Of a DNA stretch of 64,000 nucleotides, positions 1-10,662 are shown one piece after another. Numbering within the stretch: position 1 is the first letter of the stretch; the number at the start of each line of letters is the position of its first letter. The notes under the pieces are model-generated. The model did no database searches. It had not been told where the DNA came from and saw nothing but the letters and a program-made list of their open reading frames with translations. Origin of the DNA: Thermodesulfobacteriota bacterium (GTDB lineage Bacteria; Desulfobacterota_D; UBA1144; Nemesobacterales; UBA2774); NCBI GenBank assembly GCA_965223335.1, contig OZ244991.1, positions 1,152,001 through 1,216,000 on the forward strand, given 5' to 3'. The translations under genes were made by a program, and so were the position numbers.

Positions 1-109
1 ACAAAACACGGATTCAAGAAACGAGTGTTTGTAATTATTGAGATCCACCAAAGAGCGTTAATGAAAATCTATGCTAGAATTAATGTAGAGGAACGAGGTT
101 TCATTGCGG

Positions 110-1237
110 ATGTCTATGCTTAAGAGAAATGAAAGAAAACGCTGGTTATGGTTCTTGGGGTTTGTGGGTTTATTTCTCATCCTTATCATGGGTTTATACC
201 TCCGCATGATGTCTGTAAGGACTGCTGCGTTCCAGGCAGATACACAGGAAACTGTCACACCTGTCAGAGTTCAGGAGACTCAACTAACCGAGGTTTGGCG
301 CACCACAAGTTTTTTAGCGCGTGTTGAGGGCGGGCAGGCCATACAGGTCCGGGCCGATGTAGGCGGGTGGGTCGATGAGATCAAGGTTGTCCTTGGCGAG
401 GAAGTAGGGAAGGGCCAACCACTCATAGTGCTCACGGACGATCGCAAGTTCTTTAGACTCAAAGAAGCCGAGGGCCGTCTAAAATCCGCCCGCGCAAATT
501 TGACCGAAACCAAACGTAAATACGACCAGGCACTTACACTTGTAGAAAAGGGTATTATTGCCCGTGACACACTATCGTCTCTTGCAAATCAGGTAACGGC
601 AGAGTCTTCCAATGTAGACTCGCTAGAGGCCACATACAATCTCATGAAATGGGATGTTGAGAACCTGAGTGTGACCTCTCCTATCGAGGGTCAGGTAGTG
701 GATGTTGTCCCTGATATAGGGCAGGAGGTTGTAAAGGGCGACCTGCTCGTGAAAATGGTAAGTAGAAAAAACGAAAAAGTGGTGGTAGGTCTTGAACCCC
801 GGTGGGCGCGTTTACTCAAACCCGGGGTAACAGTGCAACTTAGTCGCACCGAGGACCAGAGAGTTGAGGAGACGCAGGGCGTGATACTGGGTGTAAGCCC
901 TGAGATAGATTCCAACTCGGGCACATATAAGGTAGAGGCACGTATAGTGGACAACAAATACAACTGGTGGCCCGGCGAGGTCGTTAGTATGCGTATACCT
1001 GTAGAACTCTTAAAAGACGTGGTCACTGTCCCCAGATCGGCAGTGTTATCCGACAACAAGGATCTATTCGTGTTTGTGTATCAGGACGGCAAGGCACTTA
1101 AAGTCCCGGTTAACGTCACATGGATAAACGACAACCAGGGCAGCATCCCCGTAGATATGCTACCGCACAACGGTAAGATAATAGTAGAAGGACATGTTGG
1201 GCTTGCAGGAGGACAGCTCGTACGTGTAGTAAACTGA
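110..1237 (+). CDS. RND efflux periplasmic adaptor (membrane fusion protein)
   Basis: N-terminal TM anchor, lipoyl-like halves (GWVDEI...GEEVGKGQPL; SPIEGQV...GQEVVKGDLL), coiled hairpin, VPRSAV; directly upstream of an RND permease. ATG at 110 after GAGG preferred over TTG at 104. Confidence 0.92.
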   Translation: MSMLKRNERKRWLWFLGFVGLFLILIMGLYLRMMSVRTAAFQADTQETVTPVRVQETQLTEVWRTTSFLARVEGGQAIQVRADVGGWVDEIKVVLGEEVGKGQPLIVLTDDRKFFRLKEAEGRLKSARANLTETKRKYDQALTLVEKGIIARDTLSSLANQVTAESSNVDSLEATYNLMKWDVENLSVTSPIEGQVVDVVPDIGQEVVKGDLLVKMVSRKNEKVVVGLEPRWARLLKPGVTVQLSRTEDQRVEETQGVILGVSPEIDSNSGTYKVEARIVDNKYNWWPGEVVSMRIPVELLKDVVTVPRSAVLSDNKDLFVFVYQDGKALKVPVNVTWINDNQGSIPVDMLPHNGKIIVEGHVGLAGGQLVRVVN

Positions 1238-1252
1238 CGGTGTCTATCTCCT

Positions 1253-4200
1253 ATGCACATAGCCGAGTTTTCTGTAAAGAATCCCGTATTGGTAAACCTT
1301 CTCATGGTTGCTATTCTGATAATAGGGATTCTATCCGCTTTAAGATTACCGCTTGAACTATTCCCGTCTATAAAACTCGAAGTCGTTAGTGTTACCACTA
1401 TTTTCCCCGGTGCTACCGCCGAGGATATTGAAAAGCTCATCAGCATTCCCATAGAGGACGAGATCAACGACCTGGGCGAGGTCAAGGTTGTGAGATCCGT
1501 GTCTTCCGAGGGCCGCTCTTTTGTCGTGGCAGAGCTCTATGCCGGGGAAGACACAAAATTGGTCGCACAAGACATACGTTCCGAGGTCGCCAAGATCCGT
1601 GACGAACTGCCCCAGGATGCCGAAGAGCCCATAGTGCAGGAGTTCGATGCCAGCTTCCCGCTTATAAGCGTGGCTCTCTCGGGTGATGTCTCTAAAGAAA
1701 CGCTTCGCAATTACGCTATAGAGCTTAGAGACGATTTAAAGCTCATCACCGGTGTCGACAACGTTCTTGCATCCGGGCTTGGGGACCCGACCTTTTGGGT
1801 CTATATCGATCCACTTAAACTCCGGCAGTACGATGTGAGTCTCGAGCAGATATCTAATGCCATTAAACAAAAAAACCTCGACCTCCCCGCAGGAGCAATC
1901 GGGCAGGGGGATTCTGAGTTCTTGGTGCGTACAACGGGGCGGATCCAAGAGGTTGGTGATCTGCTCAACATCCCGGTCCGTCAAAACCCCCAGGGCCGCC
2001 ACATTCTCCTCAGAGATGTGGCTAATGTTGAAAAGGGAGAGCAGCGGACACGCACGATCTCAAGGATTGACGGCAAGCCGGGCATAAATTTCTGGATCAA
2101 TAAGCAAAAGGATATCGATGCCATAGAAACTGTGGCCGATATTCAAGATACCGTAGAGAGTTTCAGGAAACAGATCCCCGAGAGCATTGATATTCAGATT
2201 ACAAACGACACATCTTACTGGGTAGAGCAGAGGTTTAAAACCATGGTAAACAGCGGGCTCATCGGTATAGTAGCCGTGTTGATTATTTTGGCTCTGTTCC
2301 TCGATTTCCGTTCGGCCCTTATGGCGGCCATAGGGCTTCCGGTCTCGTTTTTCGGGGCTTTTATCATTATGCAGTTCACAGGGATAAGTCTAAACGTGCT
2401 ATCTATGTTCGGGCTTATATTGGTGCTAGGGATCATAGTGGACGATGCAATTATTGTTGCTGAGAACATACAGCGCTATCTACAGCTCGGGCATAACCCC
2501 CGCGAGGCTGCTATTAAGGGTACTCAAGAGGTTGCGCTCCCTGTCATCGCGACCATACTCACTAATATCGCTTCTTTTTTACCCCTCCTAATTGCCACGG
2601 GGCTCATAGGTAAGTTTATTTCGATTATCCCCAAAGTTGCCATATATGCGCTATTGGTATCACTCATCGAAGCGCTTGTGATTTTGCCCTCGCACTGCGC
2701 CGATTTTCTTAAACCCCATCCCCCTGGCAAGCCTGCTCGGAGTTGGGTCAATAAAGTCAGGTACTACTACATGAAGTCGCTTTCATTTACCTTAAGACAC
2801 AGGTATATCACGGTGCTCACGTTTATACTGATTCTTTTGGCTGCGTCAGTTGTGTTTGTCAAAACCCCGCGCATGCTCTTTTATACCCAGGACATCGCAC
2901 AGTTTCAGATCAGGGTAGAGAACCCTACATGGTCTAGTGTGCAGACCACTGCAGATTCCGTAGCAAAGGTTGAGGGTATTGTCCAAGAAACCATATCCGA
3001 CAATGCGCTTAAGAATGTGCTCTCTATGGTGGGGATCGACCTCACCCGCCAAGAGGTCGAGTTCGGGGATCATATTGCTACAGTAGTGGTGGAGTTTGAG
3101 GACTTTGAGGTAAGGGATGCCCAGACCGAGAACGGCAAGGATTTTATGAACAAGGTTCGCAGGGGCATAGAATCCGAGGTTGTAGGCCCTCTTAGGGTAG
3201 ACGTGGTACAGAACAGCGGACCCCCCACCGGGAAGCCCGTAGATATACGTATTCAGGGCGGGGATTTCGAGAGCCTAAAGCAGTTAGCACTGGATACAGA
3301 AGAATATTTGTTAGGGATACCCGGGGTGTTTGGGGTATCTGACGACCTGGTATGGGGTAAGCCCGAGCTAAGGCTTCGGGTGAATGAAGAGAAGGCCGCG
3401 ATTTATGGGCTCGATACCGTTTCAATTGCCAGATCGATCCGTGCGGCAATCGAAGGGCTTACGGTATCACAGACAAGGCTCGATAGAGAAGAGGCTGATA
3501 TAATTCTCAAGTATAATCTACCCGAAGGTGACCTTGTCACGCTCCTTAGATCATATCAGATCAAATCCCCCACGGGCGGGTGGGTCCCTCTCGACAGTGT
3601 TGTGGATATGGATGTGGGTCCCAGCATGCTAAGCATTGCGCGCTATGATTTGAAGCGCTCAGCCAGGGTTACTGCTGAGATTGACGAACAAATCACCACC
3701 GCACAAGAGGTAAACTCGGGCCTCTCGGCGTTTTTAGACCGCACATTACAGGATTATGCAGGTTACGGTTATGTGTTCGGGGGCGAGGAGGAGCAGACAA
3801 GGGAGTCCCTCGAGAGCATACAGAGTGCTGCTATTATAGCAGTACTTCTCATATACGTAATCCTTGCCAGTATGCTCAAATCCTACACACAGCCGCTTCT
3901 TATTATGGTAGTGCTTCCCTTTGCAATTATAGGTGTAGTGGTCGGGGTATTGCTCCGGGGCGAGCCGCTTTCGCTGCCTGCACTTATCGGTACGGTAGCG
4001 TTGCTAGGGATTGTGGTTAACGACAGCCTTGTGCTCATGACCTTCATAAACCGGCGGTTTGCAAAGATGAACCGCGTGCTTGCGGTGTGTTTGTCTGCAA
4101 AACACAGGTTCAGGCCCATCATACTCACCACTGTAACCACGTTCGGGGGGCTTTTTTCATTGATGATTCAGTTTAGGGGCGAGGCGGCATTTCTGGCCCC

Positions 4201-4366
4201 TATGGCAGTAGCTCTTGGGTTCGGGCTTGTGTTTGCCACTTACATTACATTGGTGCTCATCCCCTGTCTTTACCTCATACTCGATGATACTAAGATATAC
4301 ATCCGCGGGATGTGGACTAGATGGCGTAAAGAGAGGGTCTTGAGTAAGGGTGCTCAGGTCTCGTGA
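1253..4366 (+). CDS. RND efflux permease, AcrB/AcrD/AcrF family
   Basis: 1037 aa; ELFP, GIIVDDAIIVAENI, GIVVNDSLVL and RFRPIILTT motifs; two large periplasmic loops. Confidence 0.96.
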   Translation: MHIAEFSVKNPVLVNLLMVAILIIGILSALRLPLELFPSIKLEVVSVTTIFPGATAEDIEKLISIPIEDEINDLGEVKVVRSVSSEGRSFVVAELYAGEDTKLVAQDIRSEVAKIRDELPQDAEEPIVQEFDASFPLISVALSGDVSKETLRNYAIELRDDLKLITGVDNVLASGLGDPTFWVYIDPLKLRQYDVSLEQISNAIKQKNLDLPAGAIGQGDSEFLVRTTGRIQEVGDLLNIPVRQNPQGRHILLRDVANVEKGEQRTRTISRIDGKPGINFWINKQKDIDAIETVADIQDTVESFRKQIPESIDIQITNDTSYWVEQRFKTMVNSGLIGIVAVLIILALFLDFRSALMAAIGLPVSFFGAFIIMQFTGISLNVLSMFGLILVLGIIVDDAIIVAENIQRYLQLGHNPREAAIKGTQEVALPVIATILTNIASFLPLLIATGLIGKFISIIPKVAIYALLVSLIEALVILPSHCADFLKPHPPGKPARSWVNKVRYYYMKSLSFTLRHRYITVLTFILILLAASVVFVKTPRMLFYTQDIAQFQIRVENPTWSSVQTTADSVAKVEGIVQETISDNALKNVLSMVGIDLTRQEVEFGDHIATVVVEFEDFEVRDAQTENGKDFMNKVRRGIESEVVGPLRVDVVQNSGPPTGKPVDIRIQGGDFESLKQLALDTEEYLLGIPGVFGVSDDLVWGKPELRLRVNEEKAAIYGLDTVSIARSIRAAIEGLTVSQTRLDREEADIILKYNLPEGDLVTLLRSYQIKSPTGGWVPLDSVVDMDVGPSMLSIARYDLKRSARVTAEIDEQITTAQEVNSGLSAFLDRTLQDYAGYGYVFGGEEEQTRESLESIQSAAIIAVLLIYVILASMLKSYTQPLLIMVVLPFAIIGVVVGVLLRGEPLSLPALIGTVALLGIVVNDSLVLMTFINRRFAKMNRVLAVCLSAKHRFRPIILTTVTTFGGLFSLMIQFRGEAAFLAPMAVALGFGLVFATYITLVLIPCLYLILDDTKIYIRGMWTRWRKERVLSKGAQVS

Positions 4367-4401
4367 GTTTAATAAGCTCTGGTCTCGTCATCTGAATTGT
4401 T

Positions 4402-4959
4402 TTAGGATTTTCTCTGCCACCAAAATACGGCCAAGAATATGGCTGCCCCGATAGGTAGTACAATCATCCAAAGTACCTGTTGGACAAACGCTGCACCCCC
4501 CACTACCGCACCCAGAACTACCCCTACTACCATAAAGCGCCAGTCAAAGTGCACCCCTGCCAGGAATGTAGCCAACGCCAGTGCCAAAAGTGTTGTGAGT
4601 GCAAACTGGTTATTGTCTATGCGCCCGGTGTTCTTGAACAGGAAATAGATCAATATTACTGCCGCCAGTAGGCCTACCCAGTGTAAAACCTGTGTACTCA
4701 CCACCCGCGATACCCCCTCCCCGCGCTTTCTGGCCTTGGACCAGCCCAGGTAAATACTCGTAGCACCAAACACGGGTACCATACAGACCCAGTACCAAAA
4801 CCCCACATTGGGCCTAAAGTTTGTAAGCCCTATCCCCACAGTGGAGAGTACCAGGAGTGTAAACAGCACTGCTTCTTCGGTCTGGAATTTTTTGGTTATG
4901 GATCTTTTCTCGGGTGGTGCGCTGCCAGCAACATTGCCTGGGTTACTGTCGATATTCAT
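4402..4959 (-). CDS. hypothetical integral membrane protein (~5-6 TM)
   Basis: Hydrophobic helices; ATG at 4959 with GAGGAG upstream preferred over the 5061 start. Confidence 0.75.
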   Translation of the reverse strand: MNIDSNPGNVAGSAPPEKRSITKKFQTEEAVLFTLLVLSTVGIGLTNFRPNVGFWYWVCMVPVFGATSIYLGWSKARKRGEGVSRVVSTQVLHWVGLLAAVILIYFLFKNTGRIDNNQFALTTLLALALATFLAGVHFDWRFMVVGVVLGAVVGGAAFVQQVLWMIVLPIGAAIFLAVFWWQRKS

Positions 4960-5137
4960 GGTCTCGTCTCCTCGAATCCCCATTATATCACCTAACTCTT
5001 TTCTACACAAAGCACTGCGAAGGCACTTAATTCGAGTCTCACGGTCAAGCCTCGGCCCCAAGCCCTAACACTCCGTTATTAATTGTTTTATTAGGTTTTA
5101 ATAGGCCTTGGAGCCAGGCAATCGGACTAAAATATTG

Positions 5138-5166
5138 TTGACTTTTGATCTCGTAAGATGTATAAA
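5138..5166 (+). promoter_or_regulatory. sigma70-like promoter
   Basis: TTGACT-17 bp-TATAAA upstream of the methyltransferase gene. Confidence 0.5.
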
Positions 5167-5238
5167 TTTGCGTACTTTTACAGTAATCCGAGGTACTGTC
5201 TCCACGGACATCTCCACCACAATATGGGATACTGGTAA

Positions 5239-5853
5239 ATGAGAAGACAAGAGATAAGCGCTGATACTGATTTACAACTAAATCTCGATTTTATTAAAGA
5301 GTTCATATTCCATCCCACAAAAACTGGTGCTGTAGCACCTTCAAGTGAGCTACTTGCCGATTTTATGACCGATGTAGCGGAGCTCTCCGAGACCAACACA
5401 GTCATAGAGTTTGGGTCCGGCACCGGTGTGATAACAGAAAAAATCATTGATAAGCTTAACGACAACACTACTTTTTTTGCACTCGAAATAAATCCGACGT
5501 TTGTAGAGGCTACAAAGACACGATGCCCCGATGCCTTGGTGTATCAATCCTCGGCCACCAATGTGAAACAGCTCATGGACCTTCATGACACTCATGGCTG
5601 CGACAGGATAATAAGCAGTCTGCCATGGGCCATATTTAATTCTGAGCTGCAGGATTCTCTACTCGACACGATCTATGAGGTGCTTCATCCCGGCGGCAAG
5701 TTTCTTACCTATTCATACTGGCACGCGTTGCCGTTTCCCACCTCAAGACGATTCCGCTCTAAGCTGTACAAAAAATTTAACAATGTAACCAGGACCAAAA
5801 CGGTTTGGAATAATTTCCCCCCCGCAGTTATTTACTGTGCCGAAAAGGTTTAA
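5239..5853 (+). CDS. SAM-dependent methyltransferase, phospholipid/ornithine-lipid N-methyltransferase-like
   Basis: PTKTGAVAPSS, VIEFGSGTGVIT, ISSLPW and VWNNFPPA motifs typical of the PmtA/OlsG-like group. Confidence 0.8.
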   Translation: MRRQEISADTDLQLNLDFIKEFIFHPTKTGAVAPSSELLADFMTDVAELSETNTVIEFGSGTGVITEKIIDKLNDNTTFFALEINPTFVEATKTRCPDALVYQSSATNVKQLMDLHDTHGCDRIISSLPWAIFNSELQDSLLDTIYEVLHPGGKFLTYSYWHALPFPTSRRFRSKLYKKFNNVTRTKTVWNNFPPAVIYCAEKV

Positions 5854-5984
5854 CCCTCCCTCCCCCCACTCAAAGAATCTTGGGTTTGCAAAATACACAT
5901 CCAGCACAAATATTTTGGATTAATAACATTGAGTAGATTTTATATCTGGGTATAGTTTAGTTGTTTTTTTAGGTTTGGCGTACT

Positions 5985-6623
5985 ATGGAACTCGAAGAAC
6001 TCCTTAGAGACAGAAGATTCGAAAAGGGTGAGCAAAAACTGCAAAAGGCCCTGGAGATTGCCGAGACTGAGTGGGGCAAGATTGCCCAGTCCCTCGAGCT
6101 TGCCGGTGATATAGGCGGGTTTCGCAAAGAGGATTTCATGATAGGGGATATAGAGGAGGATGTAATTATTAGAGCCCCTCTAGAGAGCCCTACAAAGTCG
6201 GTTTCCGTGTACGCACCGTCTTTTTACCCTATGTATTTCGTCGAGAACCTCCTTATGATGGACCAGAGATTTGGGGAGAGGGGATACTCCACACCCGAGG
6301 CCCTCTACTCATATATAGAGCTCGCAACGAAAGCAGTCGAGCGACTGGGGCTAAAGGGCTCTTTCTCTATGGCATTCGCGGTGGGCTACGGCTATGTGAG
6401 GACTGGTTGGCTTGCCGAGAAGGGCTACCCCGAAGAGCGTTTGATATTCTCCAAGATGTTTTTTAAGGGTATGAGTAAACGCCACGATTGGGATTTTTAC
6501 TTCACTTCGGCAAAACAAAGGTTAAGCGAGATTCTGAGTCTGTTTATGGAGTGGCAGAATGACGAGAGCCTCTACCGTAAGGATGTTAAGTCAAAATCCA
6601 GAGTTAAAGCGATGATGGTCTGA
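5985..6623 (+). CDS. hypothetical protein
   Basis: 212-aa ORF filling the gap and converging on dnaB; no motif recognised. Confidence 0.75.
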   Translation: MELEELLRDRRFEKGEQKLQKALEIAETEWGKIAQSLELAGDIGGFRKEDFMIGDIEEDVIIRAPLESPTKSVSVYAPSFYPMYFVENLLMMDQRFGERGYSTPEALYSYIELATKAVERLGLKGSFSMAFAVGYGYVRTGWLAEKGYPEERLIFSKMFFKGMSKRHDWDFYFTSAKQRLSEILSLFMEWQNDESLYRKDVKSKSRVKAMMV

Positions 6624-6631
6624 ACATAGGC

Positions 6632-7984
6632 CTATAACTCTTCTTCATACTCCTCGGCCAGGTTCTCAAAGCTGGGGACCCCGAGCCTGTCTAAAAACGC
6701 AAGCTTAATACTACCCGTAGGGCCGTTTCTCTGTTTCCCGATTATTATCTCTGCTATGCCGTCTTTCTCGTCTTCATTTTTTTTGTACACATCGGCGCGG
6801 TGTATAAACAGCACCACATCGGCGTCTTGCTCTATGGCGCCGCTCTCTCTTAGGTCGGCAAGCTGTGGGCGGCGGTCCGATCGGGCCTCGGTCTGGCGGC
6901 TAAGCTGCGATACCGCGATCACGGGCACTCCCAGTTCCTTGGCCAGCGCTTTTAACGAGCCCGAGATCTCGGCAATCTCACGCTCTCTGGTCTCGGTCCT
7001 AGAGCTTCCCCTCATAAGCTGTAGGTAATCCACAATGATAAGGTCAAGGCCCTTGTCTTTTTTCTGCCTCCTCGCCTTGGCTCTTATCTCCAGCACCGTC
7101 ATAGCGGGGGTGTCGTCTATGTATATACTTGCCTGGCTGAACTCGTCTGCGGCTCTGACCAGCTTTTCCAGGTCCTCATCCCTTATGTAACCGCTTCTAA
7201 TATTCGAGTAATTTACTTTAGCCCTTATCGACAGCATTCTAAGCATTAACTGCTCTTTGGTCATCTCGAGTGAGAATATTCCTATTTTTTTGCCGTATGA
7301 GATCGAAGCGTATGTGGCTAGGTTTAGACACAGCGAGGTCTTCCCAAGCCCCGGGCGCGCCGCCACTATGACCAAGTCCGAGGGTTGCAGGCCTGAAGTC
7401 AGATAGTCCAGTTTCTCGTACCCAGTGGGCAGCCCTGTTATGAGCTTTTTTTCTTTGTGTAGGTGCTCGATTATCTCTAGGGCTTTCGAGGCCAGTTCGC
7501 GCGACTCGTAGAACCCGGGTTTAACCTTGTTCTGCGAGATGTCCATTATGGTGTGTTCCGCTCGGTCCAAAAACTCGTCTACGTCGATGTTCTCGCCGAA
7601 TCCGCGCTGCGCAATATCGGTTGTGGCCATAACGAGTTTTCTCAAAATAGCTTTCTCTTTAACGAGTTTTGCGTAGTAAGACACATTCTCCGTGGTAGGC
7701 ACGATCTCGGTCAGGTAAGCCAGGTAGCTGCTCTCGCCCACCTCCTCGAGTGTGTTTCCGTTGCCCTTTAGCTGATCAAAAAGGGTGAGCAGGTCGATGG
7801 GTTTGTTGTCCCGGTCGAGGTCGATCATGGCATTAAAAATCGTGCGGTGTGCCTCGTTATGAAAGTCCTCGGGGTGGAGCACCTCAAGCACCTGGTTAAT
7901 CACGGTGCTCTCAATCAGTATAGAGCCCAACACTGCCTGTTCGGCTTCTATGTTCTGGGGAAGCGGTTTAGAAAATGATTCCAT
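6632..7984 (-). CDS. dnaB: replicative DNA helicase
   Basis: PQNIEAEQAVLG, AARPGLGKT (Walker A), IVDYLQLM, SQLSR, LRESGAIEQDAD, KQRNGPTG. Confidence 0.99.
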   Translation of the reverse strand: MESFSKPLPQNIEAEQAVLGSILIESTVINQVLEVLHPEDFHNEAHRTIFNAMIDLDRDNKPIDLLTLFDQLKGNGNTLEEVGESSYLAYLTEIVPTTENVSYYAKLVKEKAILRKLVMATTDIAQRGFGENIDVDEFLDRAEHTIMDISQNKVKPGFYESRELASKALEIIEHLHKEKKLITGLPTGYEKLDYLTSGLQPSDLVIVAARPGLGKTSLCLNLATYASISYGKKIGIFSLEMTKEQLMLRMLSIRAKVNYSNIRSGYIRDEDLEKLVRAADEFSQASIYIDDTPAMTVLEIRAKARRQKKDKGLDLIIVDYLQLMRGSSRTETREREIAEISGSLKALAKELGVPVIAVSQLSRQTEARSDRRPQLADLRESGAIEQDADVVLFIHRADVYKKNEDEKDGIAEIIIGKQRNGPTGSIKLAFLDRLGVPSFENLAEEYEEEL

Positions 7985-8069
7985 GGTTTTTTATTTTAAA
8001 TTAATGCTCACACCAATTTCAATATGCACGGTACCCATCTTCTAGGATTATACCCAGAATTTGCGCTCC

Positions 8070-8822
8070 TTAATATCCATAACTTAATCTTGTGGCCAGT
8101 TCTTCGGGCAATCCGGCCCTTATGATCTTGTTTTGGGCCTTTTCGATATCGTATTCGAGCCTAATATTTTCCACCGTTGCGTTTGACGTATCGTAGAGAC
8201 TGTACGAGGCCCTTGGGTCCCGGTCGCGGGGCTGGCCGACACTGCCCGGATTAATCAGGTACTTCGAATCGGTATTTAAACCTATGCGGGCATCATGATT
8301 TTCAGTGACCCGGTTGTGTTCATATACATAATTAACACTCACGTGTGTGTGTCCGAAAAAACATAGGTTGTGTTCGGTAAGAAGCGTAAATTCCTCAGCG
8401 GCGCTTGCGGTCCATTTTATGTATCTATCGGGGTGCGAAATGGCCCCGTGCACTCGTAAAAAGCCGTGCGAGCGCTCTATTTGAGGGAGACCCGAGAGAT
8501 AGTCCTTATGCTCTGGGCTAAGTGTGTCGCGTGTCCAGAGGACAGCCTGTTTTGCTATGGGGTTAAAGTTATCGGGGGTGCTCCGTCCCGAGGCCACAGC
8601 ATCGTGGTTGCCCATGATGCACGCTATCGCCATCTCTCTTATAATTGCTGTACAATCGTTCGGATCTGCCCCGTAGCCCACAATATCACCCAGGCCAAAA
8701 ACGGCTTCCACTCCTCTATTTCGGATGTCGTTTAAGACTTTTTCAAGTGCTTCCAGGTTAGCGTGGATATCCGAGATAATAGCTAAGATCAAAGGACCTA
8801 AACTCTTCTCCCCTTCATACAC
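8070..8822 (-). CDS. metallophosphoesterase family protein
   Basis: SDIHAN, LGDIVGYG, GNHD, GHTH, NPGSVGQPRD; true start may be a few codons downstream. Confidence 0.93.
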   Translation of the reverse strand: MYEGEKSLGPLILAIISDIHANLEALEKVLNDIRNRGVEAVFGLGDIVGYGADPNDCTAIIREMAIACIMGNHDAVASGRSTPDNFNPIAKQAVLWTRDTLSPEHKDYLSGLPQIERSHGFLRVHGAISHPDRYIKWTASAAEEFTLLTEHNLCFFGHTHVSVNYVYEHNRVTENHDARIGLNTDSKYLINPGSVGQPRDRDPRASYSLYDTSNATVENIRLEYDIEKAQNKIIRAGLPEELATRLSYGY

Positions 8823-8844
8823 AGGTGTGTATGAATAACCACTG

Positions 8845-10170
8845 TTATTGTATGATCACAACCCCTATGTCCATTACGTTTGTGCCCGTGGGCCCTGTAA
8901 TCACCAGGTCCCCGAGTTTTTGAAAGAAGTTGTAAGAGTCGTTTTTGGCCAGGTGGTCACGTGCGCTTACGTTTATCTCTCGTGCCTTTAGCCGTGATTG
9001 CCCGTCACATACCGCACCTGCTGCATCTATAGGTCCGTCGATTCCATCCGTATCGCAAAACAGGCCTACTATATTGTGCCCTATGATGTCCATTGCAAAC
9101 GAGAGCGCACACTCCGTGTTCCTGCCGCCCTTACCGCCCCCATACACAGTCACCGCTGTTTCCCCCCCGAATATTAGGCACGCGGGTTTTTTTACCGGCA
9201 TATCAAACCTCTCTACATCAAATGCAATGGCTGCGATGACCTTAGCCACATCTTTAGCTTCCCCGTAGACCTGTGAAGAGAGTATAAGGGTGTTGTACCC
9301 ATGCTCCTCGGCTTTTTGCTTGGACGAGATCAACGATATGTAATTACTCCCGACCACGATGGTTTGTACTTTGTCGTGGTCTATCTCGCCTTCCTTAAGC
9401 GTCTCGGGGACACTACCGCGTCTGCCGTCCTCGAGGTGGAGGACTATTTTAGGCGGGATAAGGTGCTCGATGCGCAGCGCCTCTATTACTCGGAGCGCAT
9501 CATCGTAGGTCGTGGGGTCTGCCACAGTAGGTCCCGAGGCTATTGCATCGAGCCTGTCGCTTACCACATTTGAAAGAACCAGCGTGATGACCTGTGAGGG
9601 CAGAGCCTTTTTGAGCAACCCCCCCCCTTTAATTGCAGAGATATGCTTTCTCACGGCGTTAAGCCCGTATTTGTCAACCCCCGATCCCAAAAGCGCGGCT
9701 GTGGCTTTCCTTGCGTCTTCAAACGAGATACCTGGCGAGGGCATTGTCAAAAGCGCGCTCCCCCCTCCCGAGATAAGAAAAATCACTATATCCTTTTCAC
9801 CCGATTTGTTTAAGATCGCACAAACCTTGTCTGCCGCCACAATGCTTTTGTCGTCGGGTACGGGGTGGCTCGATAGATAGAACTCCAAGTGTTTAAAATT
9901 AATTTCGGGTTTAGAATTAGTCACGATTATCCCCTCTGTAATCCTCTCCCCAAGGGTTTTCTCCACCGCCGATGCCATTGATGCAGCAGCCTTGCCTAAT
10001 GCAATCACATATATGTTGGAATGGTCATCCAGATTATAGCTCTTTTTTTCTACGGCAAGTGTGTTGTTCTCGAATGTTATGTGCTCGAGCACGCACTTTT
10101 CCGGGTTGGCTGCTTCCACGGCCTCATTGTAGATCTCAAAGACGTGTTTTCTAGGTTCTTCAAACTGCAT
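8845..10170 (-). CDS. glycerate kinase type 2 (MOFRL family)
   Basis: GKAA, ISGGGSAL, RKHISAIKGG, IASGPT, GGET, GGRN, TDGIDG, TGPTGTNVMD. Confidence 0.93.
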   Translation of the reverse strand: MQFEEPRKHVFEIYNEAVEAANPEKCVLEHITFENNTLAVEKKSYNLDDHSNIYVIALGKAAASMASAVEKTLGERITEGIIVTNSKPEINFKHLEFYLSSHPVPDDKSIVAADKVCAILNKSGEKDIVIFLISGGGSALLTMPSPGISFEDARKATAALLGSGVDKYGLNAVRKHISAIKGGGLLKKALPSQVITLVLSNVVSDRLDAIASGPTVADPTTYDDALRVIEALRIEHLIPPKIVLHLEDGRRGSVPETLKEGEIDHDKVQTIVVGSNYISLISSKQKAEEHGYNTLILSSQVYGEAKDVAKVIAAIAFDVERFDMPVKKPACLIFGGETAVTVYGGGKGGRNTECALSFAMDIIGHNIVGLFCDTDGIDGPIDAAGAVCDGQSRLKAREINVSARDHLAKNDSYNFFQKLGDLVITGPTGTNVMDIGVVIIQ

Positions 10171-10185
10171 AATGGTCTCTAGGTT

Positions 10186-10662
10186 TTATTTGCCGTTTTT
10201 AAGTTCTTCTATAAGTTTGTCTATATCTGCTTTTGTGAGGTTCTCGTAGAGATCGTCGTCCACGAGCATCACGGGGGCAGTACCACACGATGCCAGGCAC
10301 TCTGCCTCCATCAATGTAATCTTACCGTCTGCGGTTGTTTCACCGGTTTTAACCTTTAGGGTTTCGGATAAGTAGTGCTCGACATGCTCTGCACCCCTAA
10401 GTGCGCACGATAGTGTGCGGCAGAGCCAGATTACATGCTTGCCGACCGGCTCGGTAAAAAACATTGTATAGAATGTAGCGACGTTTTGGACATTTGAAGA
10501 GTGGATACCCAACAGATCGGCTATACCCTGCATCCTTTCGTTGCTAAGCCATCCGTAGTGGTTTTGCACCTCTCTCATCACTGGTATCAGTGCAGATTGG
10601 TTTGTCTCGGATTTATCAATGATTTGTTGTAAGTGATCTTCTAGCTCTTTGGGGAATTGCAT
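10186..10662 (-). CDS. nuoE: NADH-quinone oxidoreductase subunit E-like [2Fe-2S] protein
   Basis: VATFYTMF, CRTLSC...ECLASCGTAPV four-Cys pattern. Confidence 0.9.
   Translation of the reverse strand: MQFPKELEDHLQQIIDKSETNQSALIPVMREVQNHYGWLSNERMQGIADLLGIHSSNVQNVATFYTMFFTEPVGKHVIWLCRTLSCALRGAEHVEHYLSETLKVKTGETTADGKITLMEAECLASCGTAPVMLVDDDLYENLTKADIDKLIEELKNGK

Noticed and set aside
5076..5105. TAAAAC-like repeats upstream of the methyltransferase as another Pho-box array
   Set aside because: The period is 10 bp rather than 11 and the match to TTAACA is poor.
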